DNA of 32,000 nt from Aulosira sp. FACHB-615 (GCF_014698045.1 NZ_JACJSE010000019.1:84625-116624), one strand, 5' to 3'. Counted from the stretch's first letter, positions 8,587 to 16,100 are shown. Numbers and translations: made by a program. The notes: generated from the sequence alone by a model not told the origin.

Positions 8587-9048
8587 ATGGAACCAGTAAC
8601 CTTAACAGCCGTAGGAACTGCGATCGCTACTATAGTTTTAACTAAGGCTTTAGAAAGAACAGGCGAAATGCTGGGGGAAGCTGCATTAGAAAAAAGTAAC
8701 GAGTTAATCGCCAAGCTACGCCAGAAAAATAAGCTGCCCTCGTCCTTAGCGAATACGCCAGAGGGAAAGGCAGAGGAAGCGTTAGATTATGGTAATGCTG
8801 TGTTGGAGTTGAAAGCCGCAGCCGATACAGATACCGAAATTGCTCAATCAGTGCGGGAAGTGGAAGCCACAATCAATCAAGATCAGTCCCAGACTGCTGA
8901 GGAAATTCAAAAATTAGCCGCAGAAATTCAAGCGCAGCCAGCAATTGTTAATAACTTTGCCAAGTTAGCAGAAAGTATCCAAGCTGAAAAAGGGTCAATG
9001 GTTGCCCAACAAATCACAATTAATAATCCGCAAAACACATACAACTGA
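8587..9048 (+). CDS. 153-aa all-helical protein with a hydrophobic N-terminal helix; candidate N-terminal (effector) domain of the downstream NB-ARC/TPR protein
   Basis: MEPVTLTAVGTAIATIVLTKALERTGEMLGEAALEKSNELIAKLRQK..., with residues 3-19 uncharged and rich in G/A/T/I/V. The rest is charged, Ala/Glu/Gln-rich and helix-like. It is in the same frame (mod 3) as ORF 9118-11562 and separated from it by only one stop codon. Confidence 0.6.
   Translation: MEPVTLTAVGTAIATIVLTKALERTGEMLGEAALEKSNELIAKLRQKNKLPSSLANTPEGKAEEALDYGNAVLELKAAADTDTEIAQSVREVEATINQDQSQTAEEIQKLAAEIQAQPAIVNNFAKLAESIQAEKGSMVAQQITINNPQNTYN
9046..9048 (+). other. Single in-frame TGA separating the N-terminal helical domain from the NB-ARC-TPR reading frame
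   Basis: ...aca tac aac TGA cta cag ccg ccc gaa cag gaa cgg gta aag tca aat cct gaa ata ccg caa aat tta ccc ctg agt ggg gtg gtg aaa ttt gtg gga cgt = ...TYN*LQPPEQERVKSNPEIPQNLPLSGVVKFVGRDEEL. There is no further stop until 11560. Confidence 0.9.
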
Positions 9049-9117
9049 CTACAGCCGCCCGAACAGGAACGGGTAAAGTCAAATCCTGAAATACCGCAAA
9101 ATTTACCCCTGAGTGGG

Positions 9118-11562
9118 GTGGTGAAATTTGTGGGACGTGATGAAGAACTGCAAAACCTCCACCAACTATTGCAGGAAAATAACCAAGTAGCCATTGCAGC
9201 TATTTTAGGAATGGGTGGACTGGGTAAAACAGAACTCGCCTTGCAATATGCCATGACTCAGCGCGAAAACTACAAAGGTGGACTGTGCTGGTTACAGGCG
9301 AAAGTCGAGGATTTTGGCGTTCAAGTGGTGCGGTTTGCCAGAACTCAGCTTGATTTAAAGCCACCAGAAGAATTTGATTTATCTACACAAGTACAATACT
9401 GCTGGCGGAACTGGCGTGAGGGTAATGTGCTGCTGGTGGTGGATGATGTTACAGATTACCAGCAAATCAGACCTTACCTACAGGGCGCATCTTCCCGATT
9501 TAAAGTGTTGATGACTACCCGCAAAAAGTTGGGTGCAGCCATCAAGCAATTACCTTTAGATGTATTACAACCAGATGCAGCATTGGAGTTGTTACGGTCT
9601 TTGCTGGCAGAAACACCAGGGCGAATTGAGAGAGAATTAGATGTAGCAAATCAATTGTGCGAATGGCTGGGGTATTTGCCTTTGGGTTTAGAGTTGGTGG
9701 GGCGATATCTGGCGCGGAAGCAGGATTTGTCTATATCGAAAATGATGGGGCGATTAAAGGAAAAGGAAAAGCCACTAGAACAACCTGCACTTGTGAACCC
9801 AGAAGCCGATATGACAGCACAATTGGGAGTGCAAGCCGCCTTTGAGTTGAGTTGGCAGGAATTAGCAGAGGATGATAAGTTATTAGGCTGTGTACTCAGT
9901 TTATTTGCAGCCGCCCCCATACCCTGGAAATTAGTAGAACAGTGCTTAACAGAAAAAGATGAGGATGAGTTAGAGGAAATTCGGGATGATAAATTATTGA
10001 ATCTGCATCTACTCCAGCGCAAAGGTGAGGGAATCTATCAACTACATCCCCTACTGCGGGAATTTTTCCAATCTAAGTTTACAAGTTTAGAGCAGGTAGA
10101 GGAATTTAAGCGATCGTTTTGTCAGGTAATGGTAGCAGTTGCTAAAGAAATTCCTGAGACTCCTACCCTTGAAGAAATTAACGCTGTTTCCCTCGCCACA
10201 CCACACATAGCTGAAGTAGCAAACAATCTCATTCAATACGTCAGTGATGAAGATGTAATCTGCCCTTTCGTCGGCTTAGGTTATTTCTATCAAGGACAAG
10301 GGTTATATACCCAAGCCGAACCTTGGAATCAGCAGTGTTTATCAACAGCACAAAACCGCTTGGGAGACAATCATCCCGATGTCGCCACCAGCCTCAACAA
10401 TTTGGCTGAACTCTACCGCACCCAAGGAAAGTACGACCAAGCCGAACCCCTGTATCTCCAAGCTTTAGAACTCAGACAAAGCCTGCTGGGAGACAATCAT
10501 CCTGATGTCGCCGCCAGCCTCAACAACTTGGCAGCACTCTACAATTACCAAGGAAAGTACGACCAAGCTGAACCCCTGTATCTCCAAGCTTTTAAACTCA
10601 GACAACGCCTGTTGGGAGACAATCATCTCGATGTCGCCGCCAGCCTCAACAACTTGGCAGAACTCTACAAATCCCAAGGAAAGTACGACCAAGCTGAACC
10701 CCTGTATCTCCAAGCTTTTAAACTCAGACAACGCCTGTTGGGAGACAATCATCTCGATGTCGCCGAAAGCCTCAACAACTTGGCAGGACTCTACAAATCC
10801 CAAGGAAAGTACGACCAAGCCGAACCCCTGCATCTCCAAGCTTTAGAACTCAGACAACGCCTGCTGGGAGACCATCATCCGTCAGTCGCCCTAAGCCTCA
10901 ACAATTTGGCAGCACTCTACAAATCCCAAGGAAAGTACGACCAAGCCGAACCCCTGTATCTTCAAGCTTTAGAACTCTATAAACGCCTGCTGGGAGACAA
11001 TCATCCCTCAGTCGCCACCAGCCTCAACAACTTGGCATTACTCTACTATTCCCAAGGAAAGTACGACCAAGCCGAACCCCTGTATCTCCAAGCTTTAGAA
11101 CTCGATAAACGCCTGCTGGGAGACAATCATCCCAATATCGCCACCAGCCTCAACAACTTGGCAGCACTCTACTATTCCCAAGAAAAGTATGACCAAGCCG
11201 AACTTCTGTATCTCCAAGCTTTAGAACTCCATAAACGCCTGCTGGGAGAGAATCATCCCAATGTCGCTATGAGTCTCAACAACTTGGCAAATCTCTACAA
11301 TTACCAAGGAAAGTACGACGAAGCCGAACCTCTGTATCTCCAAGCTTTAGAACTCGATAAACGCCTGCTGGGAGAGAATCATCCCAATGTCGCCACCAGC
11401 CTCCACAACTTGGCAGCACTCTACTATTCCCAAGGACGGTATGACGAAGCCGAACCCCTGTATCTCCAAGCTTTGAATATTTTGGAGCGAAGTTTAGGAG
11501 GGAATCATCCTAATACTGTGAGAGTGCGTGAGAATTTAGCAATTTTACGCGATCATCTCTAA
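9118..11562 (+). CDS. NB-ARC (STAND/NLR-type) ATPase with C-terminal TPR array. The frame is open from 9049, and the annotated GTG start is probably not the native N-terminus.
   Basis: P-loop GMGGLGKT (9208-9231), Walker B LLVVDDV and GLPL-type motif WLGYLPLGLELVG, followed by about 9.5 x 42-aa TPR units. The only in-frame start candidates after the TGA are GTG 9118/9121, right at the VKFVGRDEEL boundary motif. The first in-frame ATG is inside the P-loop. Confidence 0.85.
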   Translation: MVKFVGRDEELQNLHQLLQENNQVAIAAILGMGGLGKTELALQYAMTQRENYKGGLCWLQAKVEDFGVQVVRFARTQLDLKPPEEFDLSTQVQYCWRNWREGNVLLVVDDVTDYQQIRPYLQGASSRFKVLMTTRKKLGAAIKQLPLDVLQPDAALELLRSLLAETPGRIERELDVANQLCEWLGYLPLGLELVGRYLARKQDLSISKMMGRLKEKEKPLEQPALVNPEADMTAQLGVQAAFELSWQELAEDDKLLGCVLSLFAAAPIPWKLVEQCLTEKDEDELEEIRDDKLLNLHLLQRKGEGIYQLHPLLREFFQSKFTSLEQVEEFKRSFCQVMVAVAKEIPETPTLEEINAVSLATPHIAEVANNLIQYVSDEDVICPFVGLGYFYQGQGLYTQAEPWNQQCLSTAQNRLGDNHPDVATSLNNLAELYRTQGKYDQAEPLYLQALELRQSLLGDNHPDVAASLNNLAALYNYQGKYDQAEPLYLQAFKLRQRLLGDNHLDVAASLNNLAELYKSQGKYDQAEPLYLQAFKLRQRLLGDNHLDVAESLNNLAGLYKSQGKYDQAEPLHLQALELRQRLLGDHHPSVALSLNNLAALYKSQGKYDQAEPLYLQALELYKRLLGDNHPSVATSLNNLALLYYSQGKYDQAEPLYLQALELDKRLLGDNHPNIATSLNNLAALYYSQEKYDQAELLYLQALELHKRLLGENHPNVAMSLNNLANLYNYQGKYDEAEPLYLQALELDKRLLGENHPNVATSLHNLAALYYSQGRYDEAEPLYLQALNILERSLGGNHPNTVRVRENLAILRDHL
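10360..11559 (+). repeat. 126-nt (42-aa) coding tandem repeat, about 9.5 units, kinesin-light-chain-type TPR
   Basis: Units start at 10360, 10486, 10612, 10738, 10864, 10990, 11116, 11242, 11368 and 11494 (partial). Consensus: LGDNHPxVAxSLNNLAxLYxxQGKYDQAEPLYLQALELxxRL. Adjacent units differ at only about 6-7 of 126 nt. Confidence 0.9.
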
Positions 11563-11613
11563 TGAGAACACGAAAATTTACCTTCCCAACCGCATCACTC
11601 TAGCTTTTATCTC

Positions 11614-11856
11614 CAAGTTTCCTGTTTTGAACTCAACGTTTCATGTTCAGAACCCGAAGTTTCGTGTTGCAAACGAGAATGTTCCTGTTTCCAACTAAAG
11701 TATTCTTGTTTTCAGTGAGAACGTTCTTGTTCTAAAGGAGAATGTTTCTGTTTCAAACGAGAACTTTCCTGTTTCCAGTGAGAATGTTCTTGCTGCAAAG
11801 GAGAATCTTCTAGTTCTGAGGTCGAATGATGGTGTTTTGAAACGTGAGTTCGATGA
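11614..11856. repeat. Degenerate 20-22-nt tandem array (about 11-12 units), many units containing a GAAnnTTC palindrome
   Basis: Units include cgagaatgttcctgtttccaac / tgagaacgttcttgttctaaag / gagaatgtttctgtttcaaa / cgagaactttcctgtttccag / tgagaatgttcttgctgcaaag / gagaatcttctagttctgag. GAAnnTTC occurs at 11656, 11677, 11718, 11761, 11782 and 11803, spaced about 21 nt or multiples of it. Confidence 0.75.
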
Positions 11857-11883
11857 CCTCTCCCCAACCCCTCTCCTTGCAGG

Positions 11884-12090
11884 CTACGGTATACACACAA
11901 GTCGAAAATAGGCAGTATGAAAGCCTATCCCGCCTTGAACTAAAGTTCCAGGCTCATAGCCAAAGTCCACTCAAGTGGACTGGAATGAGTTTCTTGTTGA
12001 GTCCTCTTCAGAGGACTTGCGCTGTGAGACTCGGAATTTATTCCGAGGCGGGACAGATGCACTCAACCGAGATTTGTGTGTACACCATAG
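11884..12090. mobile_element. Nested MITE-like insertion with about 17-bp TIRs and an 11-bp flanking direct repeat
   Basis: The TIR is ctacggtatacacacaa (11884-) paired with ttgtgtgtacaccatag (-12090). It is flanked on both sides by ctccttgcagg (11873-11883 and 12091-12101), which looks like a target-site duplication. Three internal hairpins: ccactcaagtgg, gtcctcttcagaggac, ctcggaatttattccgag. Confidence 0.6.
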
Positions 12091-12107
12091 CTCCTTGCAG
12101 GGGAGAG

Positions 12108-12238
12108 GTAAGTAACCACGCAAAATTAATTACAGTCATTGCGAGCGAAGCGAAGCAATCCCAGCCCTTGCGATTGCTTCATTTCGCTTCGCTCCATTCG
12201 CAATGACTTTGTGTAATTAATTATGTTTAACTACTTAC
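12108..12238. mobile_element. Second nested hairpin element (gtaagta...tacttac ends) with a long gtcattgcgagcgaagcgaagcaatc stem
   Basis: The ends are gtaagtaaccacgcaaaattaattaca and tgtgtaattaattatgtttaactacttac. The inner stem 12135-12207 pairs gtcattgcgagcgaagcgaagcaatc with gattgcttcatttcgcttcgctccattcgcaatgac. Confidence 0.6.
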
Positions 12239-12441
12239 CCTGCGGGAAGCAAGCTATGGAGAGGGGTTTTTTAAACTCATCGAACTCACGTTATGAAGGT
12301 GTAGGGGGAGCATCATCAAGTAAATTCACAGGCGATATGTGGGGTATGATGGGTTTGTTTTGAGAGTGGCGATCGCTTAAAACAAACACTATGAGCGATC
12401 GCTTGTGAGAATTGAGAGATATAGCGGTAGTCAGTTTTTAT

Positions 12442-12831
12442 TCAAAATCCCAATACCTGCATTGATTTTTCTAGCACTTCTTTAGGGCGAAAAGGTTTAG
12501 TCAGATATAAATCAGCACCTACCTCTATACCTTTTTGTTTATCAAATTCTTGTCCTTTTGCTGTCAACATTACAATGTAGACATCATCCATTTTTAAGTC
12601 ATGCTTAATTATCTGACAAACTTCTAAGCCACTCATTTTTGGCATCATCACATCAAGAAAAACGAGATTTGGTTTCTCTATTTTGATAGTTTCAAGTGCT
12701 TCTTCGCCGTTTCTCGCTGTTAAGATTTCAACACCTTCATCTTCTAAAGCTTCTAAAGCTTGTTCCAGTAAAATTACGATGTTAGGTTCATCATCAACAA
12801 TCAAAATTTTTTGCGTCATAGAGTAATCCAA
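12442..12831 (-). CDS. Single-domain CheY-like response regulator
   Basis: 129 aa with ILIVDDEP, phospho-acceptor context VFLDVMMPKMSG, VMLTAKG and YLTKPF. All canonical REC residues are present and there is no output domain. Confidence 0.9.
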   Translation of the reverse strand: MDYSMTQKILIVDDEPNIVILLEQALEALEDEGVEILTARNGEEALETIKIEKPNLVFLDVMMPKMSGLEVCQIIKHDLKMDDVYIVMLTAKGQEFDKQKGIEVGADLYLTKPFRPKEVLEKSMQVLGF

Positions 12832-12844
12832 TTTAATATTTGTA

Positions 12845-12903
12845 GAGGCTAGAGGCTAGAGGCTAGAGGCTAGAGGCTAGAGGCTAGGGACTAGGGATTA
12901 GAG
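12845..12903. repeat. STRR-type heptamer array (gaggcta x6, decaying to gggacta/gggatta)
   Basis: gaggctagaggctagaggctagaggctagaggctagaggctagggactagggatta read directly. ctagcctctagcc reappears on the far side of the adjacent MITE (13151-13166). Confidence 0.85.
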
Positions 12904-12942
12904 ATAAAAGATTATAAAAACCAGTTTTTAAGTGTAACAACA

Positions 12943-13154
12943 CTAGTACAGGTCGGCGTAAATAAACAGACTATCTGGAATTGCTAAAAGGCTTGAGGTA
13001 TCGTTATTCTTTCTTTTTCCTTTTGCCCTTCGGGTTCACCATTTGACGACAGTTGCCTCAAGTCGGGAGACCCGCCCACGGCACTGTCTCCTTTATGCCG
13101 GGAAACCCGTCCACCGCAATGGCTCACCTTTTTCCTTTTGCCTTGTTGTACTAG
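12943..13154. mobile_element. MITE-like element, family 'ctagtaca...tgtactag', copy A (carries a nested insertion)
   Basis: ctagtacaggtcggcgtaaataaacaga...ggaattgctaaaaggcttgaggtatcgttattctttctttttccttttgcc[insert]tttttccttttgccttgttgtactag. Copy B at 22490-22599 is collinear but lacks the approximately 100-bp insert. Confidence 0.7.
13026..13128 (-). mobile_element. Nested copy (long variant) of the 'GGTGAGCCAnnGCG...CCCGAAGGG' small-element family
   Basis: The reverse complement reads ggtgagccattgcggtggacgggtttcccggc...ggtgaacccgaaggg. It is flanked by the direct repeat ctttttccttttgcc on both sides. Related copies are at 21499-21555 and 26041-26093. Confidence 0.6.
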
Positions 13155-13172
13155 CCTCTAGCCCCTCTTAAT

Positions 13173-16100
13173 TCAATGATCAGCCAACATGATAAAAAAT
13201 ACATTTTCTAAATCTTTTTCAAACCGTAGGGTTTTCACTAAGTCGGTTTCTGTGGAAAAGATGGAATCAATGATAATCATGTCAGGTTTAGCGGCTCGTG
13301 CTTTGTGCAGACATTCTTGGGGGTCGGAGGCTTCAATCACGCTGTATCCTTGAGTTTGCAGGACATCTGATAAGGTTTTTAAGGTTGAGGCATTTTTATC
13401 AACCACCAATACTTTTTTGCTGGAAGTTCCTTGAGAAAGTAGTGAACCAATTTCATTACGGAGTTGTTCTGTATTGATGGGCTTGGTGAGATAGCGGTCA
13501 ATACCAATGTGGTAGCCACGCTCTTTATTTTCAATAATTGACAAAATGATGATGGGAATATCTGCCGTTTGCGGGTCATTTTTCAAGACGGCTGCGACAT
13601 CAAAGCCGTTAATTTGTGGCATCATTACATCCAGAAGAATTAAATCGGGACGGGCAATTTTGATTTGATGAATTGCATCCATACCGTCTTTTGCTTCTCG
13701 CACTTTGTAGCCTTCGTTTTCTAATTGCTGCCGGAGTAATTCTCGAATATTGGTATCATCATCTACTACTAAAATGGTTTTGCGGTTTTCGTTGAATACG
13801 GCATTACTCGTAATAACGTGTTCTTTGAGTTGTTTGACGAGGGCTTCTAAATTAATTTGTCCATTGTTTTGGTCATCTTTAGTATAAATCGGAATCAAAA
13901 ACGAGAAAGTGCTGCCTTTTCCTGGTTCACTTTCTACCCAAATTTTGCCGCCATGATGTTCAACAATTTGTTTGCAAATTGGTAATCCTAATCCTGTACC
14001 TTTGGGTTTGTCGGTGAGGGTGTCGCCAACTTGGCGGAATTTCTCAAAAACTTTTGGTTGGTCTTCCGGGGCAATACCAATACCTGTATCGATTATGCTA
14101 ATGCAAACACCTTCGTGCTGTTGTTGGACGCGACAGGTAACAGTCCCAGTTTGAGTAAATTTCACAGCATTGGAAATTAAGTTAATCAGGACTTGCAATA
14201 AACGGTTGCGATCGCCCACTATTTGCGGTAAACCAGAATCAATCTCGCTGACTAGTTGCAAGTTATGGGTTTCAAACAAGGCGGCGGTGGCTGTAGTCGC
14301 CCAATCTAATAATTCGCCAGGATCAAGGGGCTGCATGTGCCATTCCACCTTGCCGGCTTCCATTTTGGCAATGTCTAAAACATCGTTAATCAAGGATGTC
14401 AGCCGTTCTGCTTCCGAGACAATAATGTTGAGGTTGTCACCTACCCGTTTAATGGTTTTTTGCAGTTTGCGGTCTTCGCTAGTCAGCATCGGGAAGACAT
14501 CGGTTTCGAGTTTTTCTTTGATAATCGAGGCAAACCCCAACACTGAAGTTAAAGGTGTCCGCAGTTCGTGGGAAACTGTGGAAATAAAATCGGTCTTCAT
14601 TTTGTCCACTTCTTTTTCGGCGGTGATATCCCGAATTAGCAATGCAGAACCAAAACAGGTGGCTGGTTCGTTAGCTGTGGTTTGTTTAAAGATAGCGGTG
14701 GCGACGGCTTGACCAATGCGTTCTTTCGCCAGTGAAATTTCCGCCGCAAAGACTTCTTGGGGATGGGATTGAGTTTGTTCTATTAAATGTGCTAAACCTG
14801 CGATCGCTAGTTCTTGATAGTTGCCTTGAAGCATGTTGGCTGTCAATCCTTGCATAGCTAAAAAGGCAGGATTGAAATGGGTAATTTGCCCTGATATATC
14901 TACCACCAACAAACCATCTGCTAAGTTATCTAAAATGGCATTTAACCCTTGGGCTTCCGCTAGGGTATCTTGCAAGGCGGCTGTGCGTTCCGCAACTCTG
15001 GCTTCTAGTTCTTGATTAAGTTGGCGCAGCGCAATTTCCGCTTGTTTGCGGGCGGTAATATCTGTATTAATTTCTAATACTGCACAAGGTTCACCAGCTG
15101 CATCTCGTTGCAAAGTCCATCGACTCTGGACAGTAATAATTTTGTCATCGTGGGTAATATGTTGGACTTCTCCTTCCCAATGGCCTTGCTGTAATAACTC
15201 GGCGGTGATTTCGGCTTTGGGTTTGGGAAAAACTTTCTTGAGGAAGGTATAAATATATTGGTCTTTGACTTCTTCTCGCGTCCAATGGTAAAGCCTTTCG
15301 GCACCTTGATTCCAATAGGCGACTTTATCACTCATATCCCGGATAATAATCGCATCACTGGAGTGATTCAGCATATCAAATAAACGCTGATTTTCTGCTT
15401 CTGCGAGTTTGCGATCGTGAATATCTGTGCAAGTGCCAATCCATTCCCGAATGCTACCATCTGCGGCGAAAACAGGAGCGCCACAAACGGAGAAATAGCG
15501 GTAAACTCCATCTTTCCCCCGCAGGCGATATTCAGTTTGGTAAATACTGCCGTTCGCTACGGCTGTATTCCAGGCGGCTTGGGATTGACTACGGTCATCA
15601 GGATGAATCGGATCAATCCAACCCCAACCAGCAACTTCTTCTTCAGTTTGCCCTGTATAAGCAATCCAAGTGATCATTTCACTGCTAATCCCTAAACCTT
15701 CGGCTGTTGCGCCCCAAACAATTTGAGAAGTAGCGGCGACTAAAGAGCGATATTTTTCTTTTAATCTTTGATTTTCTGCTTCTGCGAGTTTGCGATCGTG
15801 AATATCTGTGCAAGTGCCAATCCACTCTTTGACGTTACCATCATCTTCAATGACAGGCGCACCCCAGACCCAAAAGTAGCGATAGTTGCCATCTTCACCA
15901 CGAATGCGATATTCAATTTGATATTGGCTGAGGTTGGCAACAGCAATACCCCAAGCTTCTCCAGTGTAGCCGCGATCATCGGGATGAACGGCATCAATCC
16001 AACCGCCGTTTTCGGCTTCTGCTAAAGTTTGCCCGGTGTAAGCTATCCAGTCGGTAAGTTCAAAGCAAATTCCCTCTGGTGAACTCACCCAGACAATTTG

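Larger units (their letters stand above)
11842..12291. mobile_element. Composite MITE-like element with 15-bp perfect terminal inverted repeats, carrying nested small elements
   Basis: acgtgagttcgatga (11842-11856) and tcatcgaactcacgt (12277-12291). The arms continue imperfectly (cctctcc... / ...ggagagg). No credible ORF inside. Confidence 0.7.

Noticed and set aside
9046-9048. TGA decoded as selenocysteine
   Set aside because: Downstream I see only a weak 4-bp cccg/cggg stem, not a SECIS-like hairpin. No sel genes are in the window. A Sec in an interdomain linker has no functional rationale. It cannot be fully excluded without a genome-wide selA/selB/selC search.
10360-11559. Regular 126-nt periodicity that could superficially resemble a CRISPR array
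   Set aside because: There are no unique spacers. The whole unit repeats, it is in frame inside a long ORF, and it translates to canonical TPR helices. No cas genes or leader are present.
11712-12206. Track ORFs 11712-11900 (-) and 11844-12206 (+)
   Set aside because: Both start or lie inside MITE terminal repeats and nested hairpin elements. The minus ORF merely reads through the 21-nt repeat array (7-aa periodic EHSHWKQ-type string) and is bounded by stops within the same array.
12368-12411. Two HIP1 sites able to pair (agcgatcgct ... agcgatcgct) downstream of the response-regulator gene, as a terminator
   Set aside because: The stem is only the self-complementary HIP1 palindrome with a 17-nt loop, and no U tract follows on the minus strand.
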